Below are positions 52,001-64,000 of a stretch of DNA of 64,000 nt, piece after piece. The translations under genes were made by a program, and so were the position numbers. Under the pieces are notes generated by a model, which worked only from the letters and a program-made list of their open reading frames with translations, made no database searches and was not told where the DNA came from. Source of the DNA: Massalongia carnosa (taxonomy: Eukaryota); contig OZ287084.1 of assembly GCA_965645245.1 (NCBI GenBank), forward strand, positions 496,001 through 560,000, in the 5' to 3' direction. Positions within the stretch are counted from its first letter, which is position 1, and each line of letters opens with the position of its first letter.

Positions 52001-52869
52001 CGACGACGATGAGCTGCATTACTCAGCCGATTCCCGATCCTTCTACGAGTCTCACACTTCCTTCGAATGACAACGATGCATCTTCAACGTCTTCCGATTC
52101 GTTTGAAGATATTGATGAAGTGCTGGCGAAACATAGCCAAAAAGTCTCATCTCAAACGGCCCCGTCCCTTTATAGTCTTAGTCAAAACCTCGGCCTCAGT
52201 CAGTTGCCTCCTACTTCGTCTGCCAGAACGCGAAGGTCTCGGGGTGTAGCAAAAAAATCAAAGGCTCTGTTGGAGTTGGAGTCTCAGCAAAGGGCTAATC
52301 AAGCAGATAAACAGGCTAGGGTCGAGGCGAAGAAGCAGGCGGCAGCTATGAAGATTGCTAGGACTATGAAGCCTAGAAAGGAGGATGTTTCGCAACTGAT
52401 TGATGAGTTTTCAGAGTTGAGGTCATCGCAATGAGTTGTATATAATAGTGTTGCGGAGTTCCAAAGCTGACATATTTGCCTCATTATCAATCCACTGATA
52501 GAATGTTCGAATGTCTCCTAGAATATCAGACGCGGGATGTTGATGATAAATCCCAAGGTGGCCAATCCAAATACTTCCAATAGCTAGTGCGCATTGGGGT
52601 TAGTGCCATTTTCTATAAGCAGACATCTCGGCTATCCTCAACAAATAGTAATGAAATAGTAGAGTGTAATAGGTGTGACTTTTTCATACAGTCAATCTGG
52701 ATATAACGATCTTTTCGGCTTATCAGCTAGGTATATGAAGCTTGCGGGGGGACATTGCATTAGTAGATGGACTATTAATTTAGTGTGAGGGTGAGGCTTA
52801 AGCTAGTCCTAATAAGCAGTAGAACTTTACGAGGGGTCTGCTAGATGGGGTCTGTCCCGAATCTACTCG
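49038..52869 (+). mobile_element. Mutator-like element (MULE) inserted in the pogo transposase
   Basis: About 140-bp TIRs and a perfect 9-bp TSD GGCGTATTT (49029-49037 and 52870-52878). Fragmented transposase: FAR1/WRKY-like N-terminus (YAFTQGF..C..H), ESAE...LGDFAAGL...LCTWH, STQRVEGLH, and SWIM-like C-x3-C...GLPC. Confidence 0.92.
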
Positions 52870-52963
52870 GGCGTATTTGCTGATAAGTTTTAAACCTCCG
52901 TCCTTTTAAGTCTTCCATGTAATCTGAGCATAACTGATAGCAGCTACTTTATGCTCTCTGGTG

Positions 52964-53273
52964 TACGCCGCGCAACGGGTCGGGTTTCTCTACTGAAAAC
53001 CCAACCCGTTTGTGGCGAACCCTATGATTTTTGGTGTCCGGGTTGGTTAATAAACTATTTTTAATTGTTAATCTTCAAAAACCTAAAGCTCTACTACATT
53101 CACTTATACTAGTGTAATCTATTTTACTGTTATGTATATCCATATTAATTACACCTAATTTTGCAGATAAACTATTAATATCTTTTAAATATTTAATCCC
53201 ATCAGTTTTGAAAGAAAAACCCGGTGGCGAAAAAGCAAATTTGTGGCAAAAACCCAACCCATTGCGCGGCGTA
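52964..53273. mobile_element. 310-bp MITE with hAT-type 8-bp TSD
   Basis: TIRs TACGCCGCGCAAYGGGTYGGGTTT; TSD CTCTGGTG at 52956-52963 and 53274-53281; AT-rich non-coding interior. Removing the element restores the pogo frame RLSYTREHK. Confidence 0.88.
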
Positions 53274-54507
53274 CTCTGGTGTAGGATAATCGATGACGAG
53301 GAGTATCGTGTTCATCAGAATTATCGCCCAATGCATCGCGATCTGCCTTAATTCGATAAAGCCGAAATTGTTCGACGATTTGAGCCTCATTACCATTCGA
53401 GGCTACAGGCATACTAGGCATAGGGGGTTGAATAAAGGCGTTTTTAGAAAGTCGGGCTTGATTCAAGCTACGAATACCAGACGGCTTCGAAGTTGGCCCA
53501 GGACAAGGCTGAATCGAAGCCTGAGCAGGATTCTGAACATGAGAAGAAGCCATAATCATATAATTGGTTGATGATAGGACGATGAATAATGAATGGAAAG
53601 AGCATGCCAAAGGTCGAAAAATCGGGGAGAAATATTAAATTAGTATGCGTTTTCGCGTTGTCTCTCCAGCTGACAAATATCTATCCCCCCTATAAAACCT
53701 TACCCAATTATAAAACCCCTACCTATAAAACCCTGTTCTAATTGAGGATATAAAACCAGGGTCTTATATGTCAATTAATATGGTACTCGTCTCCGATTTT
53801 GGAAAGGGGCCTGCAGCCCTTATTCATGCGTACTTGAAGCCATGGTATTTACCGGCTAAACCCATCTTTATCCCTTTAGTTTAGTATCCTCGTTTCAAAC
53901 ATATGCTAAACCGCATCCTAAGCTATATCACTCCTTTTTTCGCCAACGCCAATTTGACCTCAAACTCAGGCGCCACGATATCAATGTGCACCTGACTGAT
54001 GCTATGAAGATGCCCAAGGGTTCAAGTACATTTCATAGTGCAAGACATGACCCATACTGTTGGTTCCCGAACCCAGTTCAAAAGAGCGATGGAAAAGTTT
54101 TGCAGAGCGCCTCTCGCTAAAGATCCTAGCAAGAGATGCGACACGCTCTTTGGCCTGCTCATATGCAGGACGAGCCAGCTTACAGTGTGTATTCAGAAGC
54201 CGAACTTTCTAGAGCAATTTACTAACCAGTTGCAAATATTGAGATGGGAGGTCTAAGCGGTTTTCCGTGAGGTCATAGTGCTCGCGTCTGAAAGTGTCAA
54301 AGTTGGCTTTAAAATGAAAGTTATGGCGGTATATTCTAATCTGAAAGACGAAGCTATTATCGCCATATGGAACGGAAGTAGCCTCGCTATAGATCTACTT
54401 GTTGACGCGCAGCAACTGAATCACCAGCCCGGTGGGACTCCAGAGAAAATGCTCCTCAACTTCGACTACTCGATGAGGGAGTCGAGCAGATCCCATCTCT
54501 GGGATCA

Positions 54508-54753
54508 TTAAGGCACGATGTGTCTCGCATACACATTGAGTAGCAAGAATAGGCGTGGATATCCCTTGGCAGCGAATGACAGGCCGACCTGGCGCTGATT
54601 TCCTGGCGCTGATTTCCTGGCGCTGATTTCCTGGCGCTGACTTCCTGGCGCTGATTTCTTGTTTACCGTATCCTCATTGGTCAAGCAGAATTCATGTATG
54701 ATATTTCGGATTTTGATCGGTAGATTAAGGAGCAAGGAGGTGGAAGTAGCCAT
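54508..54753 (-). pseudogene. N-terminal fragment of an F-box-like protein
   Basis: MATSTSLLLNLPIKIRNIIHEFCL resembles the fungal LLxLPxEIRxxIYxxxL motif. The frame is broken by the 14-bp array and no long ORF follows. Confidence 0.45.
54588..54657. repeat. 14-bp tandem repeat x5 (CCTGGCGCTGAYTT)
   Basis: Five adjacent copies with one mismatch. Confidence 0.95.
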
Positions 54754-55911
54754 TGGTCCCTTGACATATAGGTCTTGCTCTGCTTACATCATGATCATCA
54801 ACCCATTCATCTCTCAATAATGTATGATGAGAACCTCGGACGGTAGCTCACTTGTGATCGCCGACTTGGACATGCTTTTCTGCTTATCGGATCCCTGTTT
54901 GAAATCAGGCTATAGCTTGATCATATGCTGTTAGTACCATGAGGAAGGGGCATGCTAGAACCTGTGTGAGACTGGAAGACGAAGCCCAGAGTAGTCGAGA
55001 CCAGAAAGGATGCTGCAAGCTGAGCTCCGAGAAAGATCTACCTTGCCAGTCCATCTTCAAAGTACTAGGGTGTTAAACCCGGAAAAAAGGGACCGGTACA
55101 AGTCCTGGAACCTTCCATGGTTCAATCGCTGGAGCACCTGGAACATCTATGTTGATCTTCGGCTTTAGAGCGTGGCTATGAAACAAAACCGGTTATGAGT
55201 ACTCTGATAGAGGACCCAGAGTGAGCTACTAGAGAGCGTTTGTTGATCTGCTCCATGGGAGTAGGGAGTTCATCTTTGGTGATCGCAGGGGTTTGATCTC
55301 CTTCCTCTCGGTTGAGCTTGCCAGTGATGATCGTTAACGGGATGCAACGCTGATAATAAGTACGATGCAAGGTTCCGCGGAGAGGTTGATATATTTAGGT
55401 TGTGGAATAGTAGTAGCAGTAAAGGAAGAATTCAAGCCGTAGTTATTTTAGCCCTATAGATCATTCACTTTGGCGAGGAATAGCCCTAATTAATCCTGTC
55501 AAAAAAAACTGCAAAAGGGTTAGGTCAGAAACTTTCAATCAAAATAGACTCTCAGGATGCTAAAGTACCGAGGCAAAAACGTAGTGCAGAATAGATTCGA
55601 TTGAGAACACCTCTAGAATACAGCGAAGGTTTTCCTACGCCCCCTATTTGTAACAAAAACCAACTATGTGCAGGGCCCGAGAGCGCGTAGGTCAAAAGAC
55701 ATGTTAACCTAAACGCCTAAATGCACGGCTATGCCATGCTTAGATTGAACGGAACTCGTTCTGAAAAGTGAGAAGTAAGATAGCCTTGCCTACAACACCC
55801 GTATGATTAAACTCATGCCAAGTTGTTGGCTGGCAGCGGGTAACCTTGTCTTCGTTTGAACCAAAATAGCATTGCGATGATGATGCTATCCATCATACTT
55901 GAGGACGGAGT

Positions 55912-58900
55912 CTAACCCCGAGCGTAAGGATGGAAACCCCGGTGAGCTCCTCTTCCTCCCCCTCGATAGTTTGCGCCGGGCTTCCCAGCGTTTTTCGGGC
56001 CAGTAGGAGCGTTCGCAGGAGGAGCGCTTTGAGGTGCTTGAGAACCTCGATTTGGCGCTTGAGCTCCCTTGTTGTTGATGTTACTATTGGTATTAGCGCC
56101 AGCACCTGGTCCGCTAAAGCTAGCTTGGGATCCACGACCCATTCCGCCTTGTGAACCGCCGAGGTTGGGTTGTGGCACATCGTCATACATGCCTTCCCAT
56201 GAAGTTGGGCCTCCCTGCTGATAAGACTGCATTTGCTGTGCTTCCTGAGCCGCTCGCCGGGCTTGCTGCTGTTCATACTTCTGCTGCTCGAACAGCAGCT
56301 GGTCTTGTGCGTTATATCCAGGGGTACCTCGTCGACCTCCTCCGAAATTGTTCATCCCGGCAGCCGCTCCAGCGGGACCATTATTCATTTGAGGGGTTCC
56401 CTGGACAGGTACACCAAACCCTGCGGCTCCTTGGGCTTGGGCTTGCTGTTGCTGTTGCTGTTGCTGCATTTGCATCTGTTGCATTTGTTGCATTTGTTGC
56501 AGCATTGCTGGATTCATGCCCTGCATGGCCCCTGGACTCTGGGGAAGGGGGCTTTGTGAACCTTGCTGTTGGACCATCTGTTGCTGCATGACTTGCATTT
56601 TCATCTGCTGCATAGCCTGCATTTGTTGCAACATTGCTGGATTCATGGCGCCCATTGCCATCTGCCCTGCCATGCCTCCATTTTGAACTGCTGCCGCCGT
56701 TGCCATCTGCTGTTGCATCTGGGCGAAATACTGCTGCATCTTTTGCCAGTATTGAGCCATCATCTGGGGCGTCATAGTACTGCCATACATGCCCTGAGCG
56801 CCCTGTTGGGTCTGTTGCTGATTTACATTAGCCGTGCTATTGTTGTTGTTGTTGTTGTTGCCATTGTTAGTGTTGGCATTGTTGTTTTCAAATCCACCTC
56901 GATCGTTGTCTCGAAAGCGATCGCCCTCCTTCCCACCACGACGCCCACCTCGTCGGTTTGGTCCCTCTTCCTCCTCTCGCATATTGCCTCGTGGTTGAGC
57001 TTTCTTTACTTCAATAGGCTTGCCTAGAATCTGCAAATCACCTTGAAGAGTGGCATCAACCGCAGCTTCACTGTCAAAGGTCACAAAGCCAAAACCCCGA
57101 GGTCTGCCCGTGTCTTTATCAATCATAAGGGTCGCATCGACAACTCTCCCGAATTGAGTGAAATATTCTTTAAAATCTTGCTCGTTTGCATCTTGGCTCA
57201 CTCCTCCAACGAAAATCTTGCTCGTCCGTTCTTGCTCGTCTCTGGGAATGGCACGTTTTGGGTCGATCTTTATAGATAAAAATAAACGGTAAGTCTTCAG
57301 ACACAATTGAAATAGGGCTGAATGAAGGATTAATCAAGATGGAAGTTGAATGGCTTACAATTTTGCCGTCTAAATAGTGCTCCTTGACCATTACCACATT
57401 GACGGTTCGAGGATCTCTGAAAGTAAGAAAACCAAATCCTCGCGAACGCCCACTGGCGCCATCTCTCATCACAGTACATTCCTGTACTTCACCAAATTTC
57501 GAGAAATACTCTTTGAGTGATTCTATCCAAGGCGTGAGAGAGTTAGTAATCTCATAGGCTATTTTCATTTACATGTAGATAAGGGCTGACATACGATCCG
57601 TCGTTTCCCAATTTAGCCCCCCTATGAACATTTTCCTAATACATCAAACATATTAGCTATTAACACTTCTCAACTATCGTTTCTCACAAATCCTTTCCTC
57701 AACCAATCAATCATACAATGTTAATGACAGCAAGACGTAGAGTCTCCATTCCCGCAAACAAACTCATGACTCTTAACTCCAATAGGCTGAAGATGTTATC
57801 AGGCTCTGAATATGAAAAATCCACATTGCCAGGATTGCCATTGGGATCGTATCGAGGAGAAGTCTAGAGTGTGCAGCCCATCTCTCAGCATGCATAGGGG
57901 TGTTGCTGCTTGCTCTTTGAAACCTGATATCACCAGGCACGATGCAGCCTAGTAGGCCACACGCCACGTACTGGGAAGTACAACGACTGATTAAGGTACT
58001 TGCGGATGATTCGTCTTTTGCTATAGAGTCGTTTTCTAGGTATTGGTACTCGAATGACATACTTTGCTGAGGCTCAGTATGACATAAGTTCCTGCCTCCT
58101 GACTTGCTCTATGAAGATGATATCGACAATAAGCTATGTAGTAGCAGTAGTACTATGGCCGCTTTCCCCTGGTGGCGCACAAGGTAGTAACTGATCCAGC
58201 TTATTTTCTGTGCCAATCCAACCTCATTCTATTCCATGCTAGTCATTTCATCCACACCCTTGGCGTCTTGGTTTGACTTGCATCTATGACCTATAACAGA
58301 GGTATAGCGATTTTCGTTCTGTGCGCTGGCTCCCTTGAAAATCCATCCACCACCGACAACTCCATTGCTACTCCGATGTCTGCCTATAACTTCCAAATAA
58401 CTTGAGCCAGAAGCAGCATTTCCCCCTCGCTGTTTTGAAGCTTCAAAAGGAAATAGGAGTAACAATCCTTCTTGCCGTAGTGGAACCAATACGGGTCGAA
58501 GATTGTTTTTCGTTCACGGTCACAGAGTTTCCCCCAAAGAGTTATGCGTTTAACCAAAGGCTGTGGTGAAGCACCTTACCGAGCGCTCGAGGTATTTTTG
58601 ATGCTTCCAAGTAATGCACAGAGCAAGCGTAAACGTTGAAGTGGATATGACCGATTTCATCCAAGGCGATAGAACGACCCTAGCAATTTTGACCAAAAAA
58701 AGACAAAACTTACCCATCTTCTTTGATACCGATACCACGTGATTCCTCCTCAACCGCTATATCGCCATAATTATCATGTCCGTCGTTACCCTGGCCATCA
58801 TTCCACGTTGATGCGCTGTTCTGTCCATTGGTGTATGCATGCGAGTCGTGGTTCAGATTCTCCGGCTCTGTCTTTCCAACTTCGTTGTGTTTAGTTTCGG

Positions 58901-59140
58901 TTTGAATTGGTCGAATTTCGGAAGGAATAGATTCCGCTACAGGATCAGGTAACGTGTCTAACTGGGGTTGTGAAGTTGGGTGTACGTTATTGTCATCTCC
59001 GTCGTAGCTAAGGTGAATGTCAATAAAGAATTATGGGAATTATGGGAATCCGGGATAGAAGTTGTGGCTTGACCTAAGTCAGGAAGGAGGGCTCACAGGT
59101 CGGCAAAAAGATCCTCGTCAAACTCTTCAGGTTCTGTCAT
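55912..59140 (-). CDS. HRP1: Hrp1-like tandem-RRM hnRNP
   Basis: MTEPEEFDEDLFADL start; IKEDG|KMFIGGLNWETTD; RSRGFGFLTF; KIFVGGV; RPRGFGFVTF; Q/M/G-rich tail ending in PY-NLS-like RGFHPYARG. Includes a 1078-nt intron. Confidence 0.88.
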
Positions 59141-59676
59141 GTTCGTGTTGAGAAGATGATAGGATTGAAAGCAACGCAAAGAAAAAATGTATAGAATGAT
59201 GTGCCACTTAACGCTTGAGACCTTACCCTACCACAGCCTGCCCGCCAAAGTATCAGTTAGGAATTGTTTAGAAGGATCTAATATTTGAGACTGGGTGTAA
59301 TAATGATCCGATTACAGTAATCAGATGGTGGACTTGATTAAGTCTTTCGTCGATACAGAGTATTTTATGAGCTCAGTGAAAGATTCGTGAGAAGTGGTGT
59401 TGGCGGGAAAGAAGGAAGGTGTAGATAGTTCAAGCTGAAGCTTTGAAACATAACTAAAAATATTTTACAGCTAAGGTATCTTGAGCTAGCTGCATTCAGC
59501 ATCGCCGCCATACAAAGTAGACTCGAACTGGGCACTTGGAAAGTCGATAATTTGTGCTGAAACTCAAGTAATACTAAGTCTCTAGCCATGAGCTCGAAAA
59601 AGCCCCCTCAGCAGGTAAAAGTGATCTTTTGGCAATTAGCTTGCATGAGCTGATGATTTATGGACTCGTATAGGAG

Positions 59677-61788
59677 ATGGTCCAGGTCGGTTCGTACATC
59701 ATTGTTGCGCAACTCATAATGGATACTCGTTCAAGACTATGATCACTGGGCTTGAGCAACTTTGGCTGATTGATAATCCGGGAATGGGCAGGATCCTCGG
59801 AGTTCGTGCGCCCATCTTTCATAGCATCAGTGTTCCATTGGCTGAAGAAAGCGCAGCAAATCCATCTCCCCTTTCTGGCGCAATCGACCCTCGAACACAA
59901 GGAATGGCTTATCAAACACGCCTGATCCTAAAATTGTGGTTGGTGCTTCTTACTCTCATGCGGACATGCTGAAATTTGACTCGCTGTGAGCCTTACCACC
60001 CGGATGATCTTTAGTGAATGCTAACCCTATTTGAGAGCATTAACACCCTCCGTATCGCGGTCTCATACACCAGTCCCGTCTTCGAGAAATAGTATTCACA
60101 CCGCTCGCTCACCTCCGCCAGCAAGATCAGGTTCAGCACTTTCGTCACCCCCTTCTAGGCTTACGTATCCTCGATTTGCAAGAAGTGCTAGCAACGATCA
60201 GACAACCGAAGAAGATGAGGCCGAGGATGATGACCAGGATGAAGGACAGCAATACATGTACAATGACGAAGAAGATGAGTTTGGGCTTCCAAGCATATCA
60301 AGCATGCGGAGGGAGGCAAAAAGGATACCAAAAAACGTAATCCATGATCCAGGGGGAAACCAGAGCAAACATGGTAAAGACATGGCACTTCTAAGTGCTG
60401 GGCTACCTCCAAGTCGTGAAAGAGCAAACAGCTCAGATATTGCAGAGGAGCGAGGTCCACCTGAGTATCCTACGGCGAAAAAGGGCGAAGGAAAAATATT
60501 ACGACCTCAGTATAAGGATATTCTCCGTGGTATGTTCCCCAGGATAAACATATAATTTACAGGGCTGAATGCCATTTTTTCTAGATCCTGCAAATTCGCT
60601 CCATCTTATAAGCCATCCATCAATACCCCAAAATGCCAGCTCCAAAGAGGCCGAAGCTCATTCAAGCAGGATATCACGTATCAATAAGTTTAAACGTATA
60701 CTTCAAGCAAGCTCTATAGCTTTGACAGATCTTCGAGACTCCTCTTGGTCGGGTATACCAGAGGAAGTACGGGCAATGTCTTGGCAGCTTCTTTTGGGCT
60801 ATTTGCCAACAATTAGTGAGCGACGCGTTGCTACTCTTGAGAGAAAGCGCAAAGAGTACTTGGATGGCGTTCGACAGGCTTTTGAAAGAGGTACTGCAGT
60901 ATCAGTTACCTCGAATGCAAGAACTTCGTCCGCCAATTACGCTCGACTTAGAGGCCTCGATGAAACTTTGTGGCATCAAATATCAATTGACGTGCCACGA
61001 ACCAGTCCCCATCTTCAGCTTTACAGCTATGAAGGTACGCAGCGCTCATTAGAGAGAATCCTCTATGTTTGGGCAATCCGTCATCCAGCGAGTGGCTACG
61101 TCCAGGGCATCAACGACCTAGTCACGCCATTCTGGCAAGTTTTCTTGGGTAGTTATATCACCGACTTTGATATTGAAAGTGGGATGGATCCAGGACAGCT
61201 GCCAAAGGCAGTTCTTGATGCTGTTGAAGCAGATTCATTCTGGTGCCTCACAAAATTACTTGACGGAATCCAAGATAATTATATATTTGCTCAACCAGGT
61301 ATTGTCCGGCAAGTTGGAGCTCTGCGAGACCTTACAACGCGTATTGATTCTGGGTTGGCTAAACATCTCGAAAACGAGGGGGTCGAATTCATGCAATTCA
61401 GCTTCCGATGGATGAACTGTCTCCTTATGCGGGAAGTGACTATCAAAAATACCATTCGTATGTGGGACACCTATCTCGCTGAAGAACAAGGGTTTTCGGA
61501 TTTTCATCTCTATGTTTGCGCTGCCTTCTTAGTCAAATGGTCGGATCAGCTGGTGAAGATGGATTTTCAGGTATGCCAACTACTACCAAGTTCAACTTGC
61601 AGATAATCAGCTAAATCATATGGAAGGAGGTGATGATGTTTCTACAAGCTTTGCCGACAAGAGACTGGACGGAAAAAGATATTGAGCTTCTCCTAAGCGA
61701 AGCTTACATATGGCAAAGTCTGTTCAGGGGATCTAGCGCTCATTTAAGAAGCTCGAATGGATTGCCTTCCATCTCTGCTGCTGTATAA
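59677..61788 (+). CDS. GYP1: Rab GTPase-activating protein Gyp1 (TBC domain); 5' exons uncertain
   Basis: WSGIPEEVRAMSWQLLLGYLP, QISIDVPRT, HPASGYVQGINDL, EADSFWCL and QFSFRWMNCLLMRE motifs; the last exon ends at TAA 61786-61788. Confidence 0.9.
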
Positions 61789-61987
61789 GGTCTTATATTT
61801 GATTTTTTTGCTTCCATGGTCCATTACATGTTTTGAGAATTCCACGTTCATAGACATCTGATATGAGCATTTAAGTACTGTACAGGACGTCCCTGGAAAT
61901 CAAACGCAGCGCTCTGAAGGATGCTCTCTACCACAGACTTTTAGATTCCCCAACGCCATGCTAATATCAGATAAACGCGTCTCGCAA

Positions 61988-63249
<1,262 letters not shown>

Positions 63250-63497
63250 AACACAGTGTAATGGAGTGAAGAGGGTATTTACAAGGTGACCACTGGGATT
63301 TGGAGCGAGCCTATCACTGTATGCCTACAGGCGCAAATTTTATAGAATCTGGATCTTAAAATTCGTTGGCCGTTCAAATGTTATCGATAACGCGGATGGG
63401 CTAACTTGACAAGTTCTAGCTTATTAGCTTGCCTTAACTACCACTTAAAACTTTCGAATATTTCTTCTCTGATGCTATTCTATTACTTTGAGCAATT

Positions 63498-64000
63498 ATG
63501 TCTGGACGTAAGGATTTTCTAAGCCAACCGGCACCTGAGAACTACGTTGCTGGTCTTGGTCGAGGCGCTACCGGATTTACTACTCGATCGGATCTAGGGC
63601 CAGCCAGAGAAGGACCCAGCGAGGATCAAATCAAAGAAGCTCTTGCAAAACGCGCGCAACAGCTTGGAGCTGCTCCACCAACTGCTTACGGCGCAACAGA
63701 GAAGAAGGAAGATAATGACGATGACGATGAACGGTTTCAAGATCCGGAAAACGAGGTCGGGCTATTCGCAAATGGCGCCTACGATAGGGATGATGATGAG
63801 GCGGATAGGATATACCAGGAGGTAGACGAGAAGATGGATAGGCGACGGAAGATAAGAAGGTTGGTTTTCCCTTTTCCTCTCCCCAAGCCCACCTCGTTAG
63901 TAAAGCATATGGTTTATCATATACCCGGGCATTGGATGAACAGATTACCGACTTGAAACCGTTCGATACGTATAGGGAAGCACGTGAAGCTCAGGAGCGA
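63498..64000 (+). CDS. PRP6: Pre-mRNA splicing factor Prp6 (Prp1), 5' part
   Basis: MSGRKDFLSQPAPENYVAGLGRGATGFTTRSDLGPAREG...DDDEADRIYQEVDEKM; intron at about 63860-63975; truncated by the window end. Confidence 0.95.

Larger units (their letters stand above)
47320..53783 (-). mobile_element. pogo-like (DDE_1) DNA transposon, degenerate, with two nested insertions
   Basis: TA-flanked 26-bp TIRs (CCWTATTAATTGACATATAAGACCCT) at 47320 and 53783; subterminal TATAAAACCC repeats. Transposase pieces: HTH (SYTREHKVAAI...KYAAAKDLGITTAMLRQW), CENP-B HTH, NMDQTP, GWDKRQAT and QVLDVAINKPLK, with stops and frameshifts. Confidence 0.9.

Noticed and set aside
55930..57279. Long antisense ORFs over HRP1 (and similar ones over AIP1, PDI1, VAC7, nuo-24)
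   Set aside because: Shadow frames of GC-rich or low-complexity coding sequence.

Overview
Eukaryotic, intron-rich DNA from a filamentous ascomycete (Pezizomycotina-type GT-AG introns with CTRAC branch sites; the class cannot be fixed from this window). Conserved housekeeping genes (AIP1, RSM18, CIA84, IMP3, Wee1/Swe1, VAC7, a DUF3824 protein, NUO24, PDI1, HRP1-like, GYP1, DIM1, PRP6) are interleaved with accessory or decaying loci: a HET-domain pseudogene, a CFEM-like GPI gene with two in-frame stops, a frameshifted membrane-protein gene and a secreted AstE/AspA-family M14 hydrolase. The DNA transposons are a Tc1 deletion derivative and a pogo-like element carrying a nested Mutator-like element (9-bp TSD) and a hAT-type MITE (8-bp TSD). 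The most unusual locus lies at the left edge and is invisible in the ORF track. It is a minus-strand secreted-protein gene (signal peptide, LysM domain, Thr-rich linker) followed by a tandem array of 63-nt phase-0 exons on a 119-bp period. Each exon encodes one DEGVPL-K-x-R/DVDSTSxHEWVQ unit with an LxxR processing-type motif, making this a candidate one-exon-per-peptide Kex2-processed repeat precursor. All exon models were read by eye and are not validated by transcripts.
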